NCBI GenBank assembly: GCA_964016885.1
Contig: OZ024747.1
Span: forward strand, 92,752,001 to 92,816,000
Direction of reading: 5' to 3'
Source: Eledone cirrhosa
Taxonomy: Eukaryota
Length of the DNA: 64,000 nucleotides
The notes under the pieces are model-generated. The model saw only the letters and a list, made by a program, of their open reading frames with translations, searched no databases and had not been told where the DNA came from. Shown in pieces: positions 12,041 through 24,187 of this stretch (position 1 is its first letter; every line of letters starts with the position of its first letter). Made by a program: the position numbers and the translations under genes.

Positions 12041-12333
12041 TAAACTTTATAAAATGGATGAAATGATAAAACAACATTATGTAATGGAGTTGTAAAATAA
12101 AAACTATACTTTAAATGATAGATAAAAACATTTTAGATATCAAAATATCAAAACTTCATAAAATTATTCTCTACTCATGGGAATTTACAAAACCATGCCA
12201 TCTGAACATATGTTGATTAGCTTCTCATTTCTCAGATATAAAATAGGAGTGATGGTCAGTTTATATTTGGATTGACTTATATTCAGATCAGGTTATATGA
12301 GTATATACAGTAATTTTTTACACTTATGATAGT

Positions 12334-12562
12334 TTAATCCTTTAGCATTTACATTATTCTATATATACTATTATAATTCGATGGTAATAGCTTTCTCTCA
12401 CATAATTATCTCACATAATATCGAATCTATGAGATTTTTATGTTATTTATTTTGAGAACAATACCTTAATGCTGGTATGAGTGGCCACTTACAACCAGCT
12501 TGAACAGAAAGAGGTGAGAAAAGTCTGGCTGGATATGACCGGTTTAAATGCTAAAGGGTTAA
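12334..12562. mobile_element. piggyBac-type MITE (~225 bp)
   Basis: TTAA-(C)CCTTTAGCATTTA...TAAATGCTAAAGGG-TTAA termini; about 8 copies in the window. Confidence 0.8.
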
Positions 12563-13481
12563 GATAGTACATTGTTTGTGCATGATAAAGATTGATCAAT
12601 GACAAATTGTGGAGGTTTCAATCACAAACCGAGAAAGTCATGGCTTTTCTCCCCAATCTATAAACAGCTTCAATTTTAAATATATTTCTGAAAGAAACTA
12701 CTGAGAATCAACTTAGTGGTAAGTTTTTATATAAAACATTAAGGTCTTAGTGGTTATGCTTCACTTTTTCAGCCACTGAAAGGAAGAAGATTGTATAAAT
12801 CTTCACATTGGTGTGTTTAACATTGCTTAATATTCAATGATGCCTTTAAAGCATTGATGTCAGGCTGTGCCCAAGATGGTTTAATGACATTCTATTGCTC
12901 TTATGTCTAATGCAGCATGACAATGTTATTTTTAGTGCTAGTACAACATATATAAACCATCAAAGTGACATATATGGCCTTTTCATGAGTGTTATGCATT
13001 ATAAAATGTCAGCATGTTATTGTTTTATTTCCAAAAATGGGTTTGTGATAAGCATGTAAGAAAACTGTCCAGTATCCTAGTTAAAATTACTTCTCTTATA
13101 TGCTTTATCTTTAATGTCCTTGACTTACTTAATATGTCAAGTTCAAGAAAACAGCCACATCACACAAAAGATAACATTCCATCTCTTAGAAGTGTACGAT
13201 AATGAACTGGATAGTAAGTTGCACCCCTGCCCCCTCCCCACCGCCGCCACCACCACTACCCTATCACCCGCACACGGATAAAAAATAAATAACAAATAAA
13301 TAAATAAAACAATTTCAGTGAGTTTTCCTAATAAACTAACACTGGAAGTGAAGTTGGTGTAAATATGAATGAAATTAAAATATTTCAAACGATGCAAATC
13401 TTTAAATAAAACAAACAGGAAATATTGCGTTTTGACTCTTTTAGGATGCAAAACAAAATTTCTTGCATTTGATATGTATGT

Positions 13482-13803
13482 CATCATCATCATCATCATT
13501 TTACATCTGCTTTTCCCTGCTTGCAAGGGTGGGACAGGTCCTCTTCAGCACAGCATCTCTCCATTCTTCACGGTCCTTTGTCATCTCCTCTGTGAGCTTC
13601 AGCAATCTGAGGTCAGCTCTCACCACCAATGGTTTCTGTGGTCTTCCTCTACTGCATTCTCCTTTCACTGGGATTACTTGGAACTTCTTTACCCAGCGGT
13701 CATCTCCCATGCACATCACATGTCCATACCAACACAGTCTTCTCTCCTGCACACTTCAGTTTATTCCTCTTATACACTGTTTCTCTTTCAACTCATCCAT
13801 GCT
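13482..13803 (-). mobile_element. RTE 3' fragment (subfamily B)
   Basis: ERRLCWYGHVM..RGRP motif, (GAT)n tail; similar to 46923-47432. Confidence 0.85.
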
Positions 13804-13907
13804 TATATACTGTGTGTGTATATATATATATATGTATACATATATATACACACACACACATATATATATATTTATACATATATACATATATTTATATATA
13901 TATACAT

Positions 13908-16263
13908 ATCATCATCATCATCATCATCGTTTAACGTCCATCTTCCACGCTTGCATGGGTTTGGACGGGAATTTTCCCACTTGAGGCAAGATTAGTTGTC
14001 TTGCTCGTATAGGACTGTCTGGCGGGTTTTCTACGGCTGGATGCCCTTCCTAACACCAACCCCGTTTACAGTGTGGACTGGGAGGTTTTTACCGTGTTAC
14101 ATACACGGCCACATTACAGCATGGACTGTGTGTTTTTTTGTCGCGACACCTACACGACCTCATTTATTTCAGACTGGATGTTGTGGTACCAACATAACTT
14201 TACATCGAAAGGGGTGGTGTGGATGGGGTGGGGGTAGTGGGACGGGGGTGTCTTTTTGTTAAGAGGTGCCTACTGACTGTAGGTTTCGCTTTGTACTTAG
14301 GCAAGGCGGGTCTTCTGTATTACTGTGTAGCGCCAAAGATCTCGGTCCAGTGACATTGTCTTGGAGAGGTGTAAGTGTGTGAGGTCGGAATTTATCAAGT
14401 TGTCCCAGGTTTTTCTGGGTCTGCCTACTCCATGGCTACCATCTATTTTTAACACCCTGCACTTTGTTATACAGCTGTCGTCTTTCATGCACATCACGTG
14501 ACCATACCAATGTAGTCTTCTCTCGAGGAAACAGCATCTGATCCTTCTTATTCCTAATTTCTCCCTTAGTTCATTTATGCTTTGCCGTTCACGTATATTA
14601 CTATTACACATCCAACGGAGCATGCAAGCTTCGTTTCTCTCCAGTCTGCGTATATCCTCTAAACACAATGCCCATGTCTCACTGCCATGTAACATTGCTG
14701 TTCGTATGCAGGCATCATACAGCCTGCCTTTCATTTTTAGAGAGAAACCTTTAGCGGCCAATAGTTGTATAAGCTCTCTGAACTTTTTCCATCCCGTTCT
14801 GACTCTAGCTACTGTACTTTCAGAGCACCCTCCACCACTGCTGATTTTGTCACCCAGGTAACGGAAGGTGTCCATTATTTCTATAGAACCATCTGTGCAA
14901 TGGAATGAGCTAGTATTTTGTGGGCACTTGCTGCTACTTATTGCACCTGAGCACCGGCCACATATAAAATATATAAATATATTCTTAGTTAGCTTACCTG
15001 TGATCCCACTACATCTTTTATGCACCCATACTTTGCATTTGGGACATAAAATGGAGTTTCTGCCTACTCCTTTCCTACACACTGAGCATGGCCATTTCCC
15101 AGATGGGACCAGTGCCCTATTTTCCTTCCTACAAACTAGAACTTTAGTCTTAGACAGGTTAATTTTAAGGCCTTTTGATTCTAGGCCATGCTTCCATGTT
15201 TGGAATTTCTTCACTAGTTCAGCCATTGATTCAGCTATGAGCGTTAGATCATCTGCGTATAGGACTTCCCATGGGCAGCCGGTCTTGAACTCCTCTGTTA
15301 TAGCCTGAAGGGCAATAATAAATAGGAGGGGGCTAAGGATGGAGCCCTGATGAACACCAACTTTTACGCTAAACTCTTCACTATATTCGTTGTTAATTCT
15401 AACCTTGCTGACTGTGTCTTTATACATGGCTTGTATAGCTCTCACAAGCCATTCATCAACACCTAGTTTTCTGAGAGCCCACCAGATAATGGGGCGTGGG
15501 ACTCTGTCAAAGGCTTTCTCCAAGTCAACAAAAGCTAAGTATAGGGGTTTACTTTTAGCTAGGTAGTTCTCCTGTAGTTGTCGTACAATGAAAAGAGAGT
15601 CTGGGGTACTTTTACCTGACACAAACCCGAACTGTATTTCATCTAGATCAATTCGCTCTCTGATTAGTTGCGCTATTACTTTTTCTGTGACCTTCATGAC
15701 CTGGTCAATTAATTTAATGCCTCTATAGTTTCCCCTATCTAGGGCATCTCCTTTACCCTTGTATCAGTTAATGATGATGCTGCTATGCCAGTCCTTCGGA
15801 ATGACCCCATTCTGTATGACTTGGTTTACTATCCATGTGACCATAGTGTGTCCCACCATTCCAGATGCTTTCAGCATTTCAGCAACTATTTCCGAAGGCC
15901 CAGCCACCTTGCCTGTCTTCATATCTTTGATCGCCTTACTTATTATACTACCTTCAACTTGCACTGCTGGTCCCTCTATTGGATCGATGTGGGGGAGACT
16001 GTCTTTCTCCCATTTATTCTCCTCAATTAGTAGCCTTTCGTAGTGACACTTCCAGGCTACCTTCTTATCAGTATCAGTGATGGCAAGTACACCATCATCA
16101 TTAAAGACACACTTCTCCCCGACAATATCACGGTTTTCCTTGACACATTGCCTAGCAATCCTGAACACCTCACGTTTTTGGTCCTCGCGTTGTAGAACAT
16201 GCTTGAACTTTCTTTCCTCTGCTTCCCTTCTTGCGAAGTACACTTGTCTCCTAGCTTCCTTCA
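13908..16263 (-). mobile_element. RTE-clade LINE, 5'-truncated
   Basis: RT coding region, 3' UTR and (GAT)n tail; 5' end joins (TA)n. Confidence 0.92.
14297..16262 (-). pseudogene. RTE reverse transcriptase with internal PHD-like Cys/His module
   Basis: FVDLEKAFDRVP, GVHQGSILSPLLF, YADD, WYGHV..GRPRKTW; frameshift near 15760; endonuclease absent. Confidence 0.9.
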
Positions 16264-16292
16264 TATTTATATATATATGTACATATATATAC

Positions 16293-16354
<62 letters not shown>

Positions 16355-16987
16355 GTATATATATTTATATATATATATATGTGTGTGTGTGTGTGCATGT
16401 GTGTGTGTATATATATATTGATAGATAGATGCACCCACATACCTACACATATGCACACACACATACATACAGATTAGAATTTTTTAACAAGCTTAGCTTA
16501 TTAATAAACGAATCTATTAATTTCAATATTCAATTATGTCATAGGAAATACTTAAATGAGGCCCCAAATTTACATAGCTGTATATAAACCCACATATATA
16601 CTAAGGGGATATTTACATGCAACACACACACACATACATGAATTATATTTGTATCTTTTAAAGATGACGGATCTATGGTGAAATAAAAACACGTTTACAC
16701 ACTTTGACAAATTAAATAAGGATCTATACTGGGATGACGCATAAATCATACAATTATATTCTGATTCTGTGTTCCATGAGTCATTTGAATTTGGAAATCA
16801 TATATATATATATAAAAATATATAACATCTATTATATATATACATATATGCATGTGTGTATATGTGTATGCCTCTCTTTCTCTCTTTTTCTCTCTTTCTC
16901 TCCCTGTATATATATATATATACATATATATATATTCATATATATATACATATATATATATACATATATATATATATAAATGAAAAG

Positions 16988-17024
<37 letters not shown>

Positions 17025-17058
17025 GTATATATTATGTATATATATGTATATGTATATA

Positions 17059-17400
17059 TCATCATCATCATCATCATTTCATTTTACGTCCACTTTTCCC
17101 TGCTTGCAAGGGTGGGACGGGAACTGATGCTGGCTTGATTTCTACAGCTGGATGCCCTTCCTAACACCAACCTCATTTACAGTGAGTGCTGGGTGCTTTT
17201 TTGCCGTAGCACCTCCACGACCACTTTACAGTGGAATGATAGGGACTGGGGTCCCTATCATTTCTACAGCTGAGTAAACTGGAGCAATGTGAAATAAAGT
17301 GTCTTGCTCAAGGAAACAACACATCACCCGGTCTGAGAATTGAACTCACAACCTTTCGATTGCAAGGCCAATGCTCTAACCACTAAGCCATGTGCCTCCA
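17059..17400 (-). mobile_element. SINE with tRNA/Meta-like head and RTE-derived 3' tail
   Basis: Head 17400-17262 matches SINE family 2; 17235-17059 matches RTE 3' UTRs and ends in (GAT)n. Confidence 0.7.
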
Positions 17401-17460
17401 TGTATATGTATATATAACATCTATTATATATATACATATATGCATGTGTGTATATGTGTA

Positions 17461-17922
17461 TCAAAGGGCAAAGGAGCTCTTAAGAGTCAATGGCCATCCA
17501 AAATCACCGGGAGAGATGACCGCTTAGCCTTTGTCAAGGCAGAATTCTAGGAGAAGGAAAACTTTGATATAACACCTGCAACCCTGATGGTATCCAATGA
17601 TGTTGACTTGTTCTTCTTTTTGGTAAATATCATCTTGGTTAAGAGAGTGGGACTGGCTTTGTGCAGTGCCTTTGCTCACTATAAAAGCTTCACGGCACAG
17701 GCATTGCTTTATATCTGGAGATCTCTCTGCACTTGTCGTCACATGGTACCATGGGCTCAACACTATGTGTCAATAATTGTCACAAGTGTAGTGTTTGTAC
17801 CAGAGTTTTCAAGTCGCTGGCTGGACTAAAAAGTCACACTCGTTCAGCGCATCGGTAGGGGTTCTCCTACATGGATATAAAGTAGTGGCCATACTCGAAA
17901 ACGAGTTGACAGCCACCACCAT
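17461..17922 (+). mobile_element. 5'-truncated copy of the bipartite RTE derivative
   Basis: Near-identical to 4018-4460; zinc-finger part reads [22 protein letters not shown]. Confidence 0.85.
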
Positions 17923-18067
17923 ATGTATATATATATGTATATGTATATGTATATATATATGTATATGTATATATATATGTGTATATATATATATATGTAT
18001 ATATATATGTATATATATGTATATATATATATGTATATATATGTATATATATATATGTATATATATG

Positions 18068-18098
<31 letters not shown>

Positions 18099-18113
18099 GT
18101 ATATGTATATATA

Positions 18114-18171
<58 letters not shown>
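17921..18171. repeat. (TA)/(TATG) compound microsatellite
   Basis: Directly visible. Confidence 0.95.
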
Positions 18172-18175
<4 letters not shown>

Positions 18176-19058
18176 TTAGCGAGAATCACATTTCGGCTAT
18201 TGGAAATTGGAAATTGGCTATTGGAAAAACAACTTCCGAATTGTGTGGCAATCACTCAATAGATACAAGTGAACTTACGTTAAAAAGGCCAAACACATTG
18301 AGATGATGGTTAAACCATTAACCGCAAAGCCATAGAAGCGAGCAAGCTATTCGGGTCAAACAAATAATAAAATATGATTGAAAAATTTACCCGGATCCCT
18401 CGGAAACGGTGGTAAAATCCAATATGGGTTTCTGCAACTCCTAAATCAAGTACTGTCTGCTTAAACAAATAATGGTAAGCTTTTGGTGTGATGATCGAAC
18501 AAGAAAGTCACTTTTTCAACAGGCATTTTGTTCTATGCCAAGCTAAGGAACTGACCGTGATCTAAACCCACGTGCGGACTCAGAAGGGAGAGAACCCCTA
18601 GTTTTGGCGGATGAATTCAGTATGTGTGGTTATTGCAAAATTGCAAAATATCACAAAACGAATTAAGCTCTCAACAGAATAGTTTTTAAAATTATATATA
18701 TATATATATATATATATCCATATGTGGTTGATGGCTGAGAGAAATGAGTACTCAATACCGAAGTAGAGTTTAAATATTCAGTTTATTAAAACTAAATAGT
18801 CAGTCTTGTTACTCACCAGACCCTGTGATAAACAAGCAAAACTCCAGAGTATCGGGAATCACTATTTAGCCTTAATAAAATGAATGGCGGTGAATACTAT
18901 ATGTATGCTTCAGCCTGTGCTCATGGGAAGGCGGGTCTTCTGTGTCACTGCATAACACGCACACATATATACATATATATAAACATATATATATATATAT
19001 TTTTGAATCTATTTTTGGCGCGATCACTTTGGAAAATTAAATGTCTAATTTTGAGTTT

Positions 19059-19133
19059 TCTCCTGATGAGTCTGTTACTCCGGATATCCTAATAATTGGA
19101 TGTCTAAAAATACGGACGAAACCATGGTAGAGA
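19059..19133 (+). ncRNA. Type I hammerhead ribozyme motif, complete
   Basis: Stem I TCTC/GAGA; CTGATGA 19063-19069; stem II GTCTGT/ACGGAC with inner GGATATCC/GGATGTCT; GAAA 19118-19121; palindromic CCATGG; GUA site. Confidence 0.85.
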
Positions 19134-19400
19134 TATAATTACGGTATGTACACATTTCTTCTAAGTTTGAATTTACACCTAATTGTGTATGGTTGACGGT
19201 ATATTTAGTCAGTTTCTACATGCTGTTGAAATGTTGGATAAATACTCTATTGGGGTCACCGCGAAGAGGCCGCTTTCGGTTATTTGTCGGAAATTTCTTC
19301 TTATAGCCTGGTCTAATTGATTTTTTATATGGTTAATTATGCTAATTGGGAGAGGAAATGGTATATATTTTATCTAATAATTCTAAGGACATGATTTATG

Positions 19401-19511
<111 letters not shown>

Positions 19512-19746
19512 ACTACTAATTTTTTGGTGTGTTAGTAGGCTTCTGTCATCTTACCATCCCACTCCTACCGACTAGCCTCAGTGTCATGTGATTGATTCTT
19601 TAGAATCTGCCATTTGACCAGTGACAGCGAGATTTTCAGTGCATGGAATCCAGTCCCCGCTAGCTGTTCCATTTACCGAATTATTATTATTTTTATATGA
19701 GTCCCCAGTATCCGCGCATTGCCTGGAGACTTAGCTGAGAATAGAC

Positions 19747-19825
19747 CTCCCTGATGACGCAATGAATTCTCAACAGTTTATTACGTAACTGTCTTTATCC
19801 CATTGCAGAAACTAATTAGTTGGAG
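19747..19825 (+). ncRNA. Type I hammerhead ribozyme motif, complete
   Basis: Stem I CTCC/GGAG; CTGATGA 19751-19757; stem II GCAATG/CATTGC with inner ACAGTT/AACTGT; GAAA 19808-19811; palindromic CTAATTAG; GUU site. Confidence 0.8.
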
Positions 19826-20216
19826 TGAACATTTTAGTAAGTAAGTTAATTTTTTTAAATTTTCTTATTTTACGTCTTTTATATATATATATATATAAGA
19901 TACTGTATCCCTCAAGAAACTGAACGTTATGAAAGAGATGACAGAGACAAGGTGACTAGCAATATGCTATAATTTAAAAGACCCACCCACCAGTACAGCC
20001 ACTGCAACACTAAAAGTAAATATGGGAAGAGTCCTGAAGCCTTTGATACCTTGCTCTGTAGTCAGGCACTCACTAAGAAATGTAGTTGGTAGAAAGTCCT
20101 TCAATCCATGTATAAAAATGCCATCCATAAGGTGAGAGCTAGCAAGGTGTAAAATTTAGCATGCATGTAGGTGTCCACCAGGGTTTTTTTTTTAACTCAT
20201 ACTGATTATTATAGAC

Positions 20217-20680
20217 CAGAGGTTCTCAAATTTTTTGTGCCACCACCACCCTCATGGCCACATAATACTCGTAGTGCTCCCACCCCTATTTCCAGAAAGA
20301 CCTGCCTACACGCAACTTGTAAATAATATATAATAAATAAAATCGTTAATTTCTATATATAAATAATATAATTGTTTCTACTTTTGGCACAAGGCCAGCA
20401 ATTACCCAGTGCATTACTGGTACTTTATTTTATCGACCCCGTAAGGATGAAAGGCAAAGTTAACCTCGGCGGGATTTGAACATAAATAATATAATATATA
20501 CTATGTATAGATAGATATATATATATATGTAATTTTTACTATATATATATATATATATCATTTGATATTTAATATACTATTATATCACCTCTACTGCCTC
20601 CTTAGTCCCCAGTGCCCCCTGGACCTTCTCAACACCTGCCTGGCAGGGCGGTGCAGTAGCATCCACTTTGAGAACCTCTG
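20217..20680. mobile_element. hAT-type MITE with nested SINE fragment
   Basis: TIR CAGAGGTTCTCAAA, 8-bp TSD TTATAGAC; SINE family 1 (minus) at ~20371-20481. Confidence 0.88.
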
Positions 20681-21127
20681 TTATAGACCATAACAGGAAA
20701 TTTTCATACCAGCTGTCCATGATAACTCTTGCATGCTGATAATCTTTCAGAAACTACATGACTGAGATATTTTCAGCGTCATTAGTAACATGAGTTCCAT
20801 TGCATTTAATGATGAAATTAAATAAATAAATAGATATGTATAAATAAAAAATAAGAATATTTGATTGCGAATATTATCACTTTAATTGACATCTTTCATA
20901 AGGTGTGTAATTTTGTTTGGCATCATAAAAGAGTGAAAGTAACATTAATATTTATAGTTAATTAGGTATTTTACAGATTCTGGTCTTGATATTGAGGAAC
21001 ATTCATTGCTATAAAATATACTTTGGTGTGAAGAGTCTGTCCCAGATATCTACTGAAACATTTGCAAGAGTGTGAGGGTGGGGATCTTCTGCAGTATGTA
21101 TAGATATATATACATATATATATATAT

Positions 21128-21627
21128 ATCATCATCATCATCATCATCATTTTACATACGTTCTTCCACGCTAGCATGGGTTAGACGGGTTGTCCTGTTG
21201 TGGGCAGTGTCCAGTCGACTAACCTTGTCTTGCTCATACAGGAACTGATTCTGGCTTGATTTCTACAGCTGGATGCCCTTCCTAACACCAACCTCATTTA
21301 CAGTGAGTGCTGGGTGCTTTTTTTCCATGGCACCTACACGTCCACTTTACAGTGTGGGCTGGGTGCTTTTTTTGCCGTGGCACCTCCACGACCACTTTGC
21401 AGTGGGAGGGTGTGGAGGCATATTGTCTATATGCTTCAGTTTCGGCTTGTTCCTGTGGGGGGTCGGGTCTTCTGTATTATTGCGTGACGCCAGAGGTCAC
21501 GGTCGTGTGTCATTGCTCTTGAGAGATGTAATTGGGTAAGGTCGGCCTTTATCACCTCATGCCAGGTTGTCTTGGGTCTCCCCACTCCGCGGCTTCCATC
21601 GACTTCTAGTGCTCTGCACCTTTTTAA
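21128..21627 (-). mobile_element. RTE 3' fragment
   Basis: GVGRPKTTW motif, 3' UTR, (GAT)n tail. Confidence 0.88.
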
Positions 21628-22133
21628 CATATATATATATACATATATATAACATATATATATATATATACATACTCACAGACACTCACACACACACACA
21701 CACATATATGTATATATATATATATATATATGTATATAAGAAAGAGTTGGGGCCCAACAGCTGATCTCTTGCCATTTCAGTCCAGAACTAGCTGTTGAAA
21801 TGGCAAGAGCTCATCTGTCAGGTGCTGGCTCTTCCTAATATAGTCACACTCGATCCATCTCAAGTATCGAGTACTCTGTTGAATACTGATATAACTAGTT
21901 TAATACAGATTTAATCCTCATACACACACACACATATATATATATAACGAAGGAGTTGTGGTAAGGAACCAGATGGACCATAATGCACCATAGTACTCAA
22001 TACTTAGGGTAGTAGAGTGGGTAAATAGCCATCAAAACGGCTTGAGCTCTGCCGTCGGGTTCATATATTTTCATATATATATATATATATAATGATATTA
22101 AATAAATGGAAACTATATTTATAAAACCATATT

Positions 22134-22195
22134 TATTCTATTATATATATTTCAAAGGTACCAAAAACTTTGGTACGCTTTCATCAGATAAAATA
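22134..22195 (-). ncRNA. Type I hammerhead motif (inverted copy)
   Basis: TCATCAG at 22181-22187 and TTTC at 22150-22153; mirror of 22340-22401. Confidence 0.7.
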
Positions 22196-22339
22196 CAAAG
22201 TGTGTTTTATAAATTTTGACATAGCCAAGGAAACATACCTTATCAGTTGAATTTTCCTTGGGTAACTGATAAGGTGTTTCCTTGGCTTTGTCAAAGGTAT
22301 GTTTCCTTGGCTATGTCTAAATTTATAAAACACACTTTG

Positions 22340-22401
22340 TATTTTATCTGATGAAAGCGTACCAAAGTTTTTGGTACCCTTGAAATATATATAATAGAAT
22401 A
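22340..22401 (+). ncRNA. Type I hammerhead motif
   Basis: Stem I TATTTTAT/ATAGAATA; CTGATGA 22348-22354; stem II AAG-GTACCAAA/TTTGGTAC-CTT; GAAA; palindromic TATATA; AUA site. Confidence 0.72.
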
Positions 22402-22504
22402 AATATGGTTTCAAAAATATAGTTTCCATTTATTTAATATCATTGAATATTTACTCCAGAAATCTGTTGAGTGCTCTGAATCAATTATAAACATTTATAT
22501 TTGT

Positions 22505-23090
22505 TGAATTTCCAACAAATTAAATATCCCTTCTGGGAACTTAAGGACAATAACATCAACTACAATATCAACTGGTCGAGGTTGAGGGCCGCAAGGGCAT
22601 ATAGTAGCGGTATGTCCTTGAATTACTGTATATCCTTAGGAACAAAAAAAGACTACTCAACAACGAGATAGAAAGGTCAATTTTCTGCAGACACAGGATC
22701 GCTACTAAATTCACAAGATTTAAGCCACCATGAATCGAACCAACATAACTTAGCATTCAACATATGAAATCCACACTCTCACACAGACCACTAGAGAACT
22801 ATAATATTCTTTAAGCAGCTTCTAGCCTCCTTAATTCTATACCACAGTAATGTCTGCAAATATCTTATCAACCCATAAATATATCTCTTCTCAGTTGCTG
22901 TCAACACAACTTCCTCACCCTTGATTCTCAACAGATGAACCTAAATCCATCCTTACAGGGTTGATAAAATAAAGTACCAGTAATGCACTGCGTAATTGCT
23001 GGCCTTGTGCCTAAAGTAGAAACAATTATTAGAATACTACCACAGTCCGTAAAACACCACCTTCTTCCTGTTGTTATAATTGTAGTCAGC

Positions 23091-23125
<35 letters not shown>

Positions 23126-23812
23126 CTTCCTTAACCTCTGTATTAACTTACCTATTATATTGCTACTCTGTTGGTGTTATTTTATACATGCATGTTATTG
23201 ATGATGTGAAAGCTAAACAACCCCATGATTCGAACTAACAATCCCTTCATCTAATATAGACCACTTAAATATTGAATCCGCTTTACACCACATAAAAATT
23301 ACTATTCTCACTACAATGAAAGTATTTTATCTGTCAGATAATAAATAATTCTTACAGTCAGCAAACCTACGGTAAAAGAAAATGGTACATTGTTTAAAGC
23401 CCCAGCTTATCTCTACACTATATATAATACACCCCATGACAGCTTTTACATGTCAATTTCATACATCTGCCTCATATCAGCTCGTTTTACATGCTAAAGT
23501 CATAAGTATACTCTATGTCTTACTTAGATTGATGTTGTGATTATTTCAACTAATTTATTGCTAGCATTGTTAGTATTGTTATTATTGTTCTGATTTAGTG
23601 CCACTACTATATATAGAAGCCATGCCTGTGTATTCCCTTCATTCTCGCTAGCTCTGATGAATTGACTGGTTATAACTATGTATTGGTGATCGATTGACGC
23701 AGAAACAGGCGGGTAGCGATCTTTAGACCTACCAGTTCAGAGAAACAATTGTCAGCAATGTGATTAAAGCCCTTATTGTATAGCAAACTGTGTCACTCTT
23801 CTTTCTTGATTT
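22505..23812 (+). mobile_element. Penelope-like element 3' remnant (endonuclease C-terminus, 3' UTR, degenerate hammerhead)
   Basis: WELKDNNINYNINWSRLRAARAYSSG..KRLLNNEIERSIFCRHRIATKFTRFKPP* at ~22534-22733; CTGATGA 23654 and GAAAC 23702 flanked by TCGCTA/TAGCGA; SINE fragment inserted at ~22948-23030. Confidence 0.65.
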
Positions 23813-24040
23813 ATATCATCATCATCATCATCTTCGTTTAACGTCCGTTTTCCACACTAGCATGGGTTATATATATATATAGGAAAAAGCCCAGAAATAG
23901 CCGTCGAAACGGCTTGAGCTCTGCCGTCGAGGTTAAACTTTTTCCTATTACCCACTCTACTACCATAAGTATTGAGTACTCTAGTGCGTTATGGTCCATC
24001 TGGTTCCTTACCACACCTCCTTCGTTATATATATATATAT

Positions 24041-24187
24041 ATATTTAATAAAATAACAGATTAAAGTTTAAGCAAGTAATCACTGCTTTCACCCTTAACG
24101 GGATCTTCTGTAGTTTCAGAAGATCCCGTTAAGGGTGAAAGCAGTGATTCTTTGCTTAAACTTTAATCTGCTATTTTAATAAATATT
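24041..24187. repeat. ~70-bp-arm hairpin, Penelope-type fold-back
   Basis: Arms meet at GATCTTCTG-tagttt-CAGAAGATC; hammerhead-like CAGAAGA-T-CCC-gttaa-GGG-T-GAAA has a core mismatch. Confidence 0.85.

Larger units (their letters stand above)
22091..22444. repeat. ~150-bp-arm inverted repeat carrying a hammerhead in each arm
   Basis: 22091-22241 is the reverse complement of ~22294-22444. Confidence 0.92.

Noticed and set aside
13142-13213. 72-nt open segment (QENSHITQKITFHLLEVYDNELD) before GTAAGT
   Set aside because: Weak AAG acceptor and no recognisable homology; cannot be supported without RNA-seq
18175-18690. Possible second Penelope coding remnant between (TA)n tracts
   Set aside because: Only vague peptide hints with many stops and no hammerhead core
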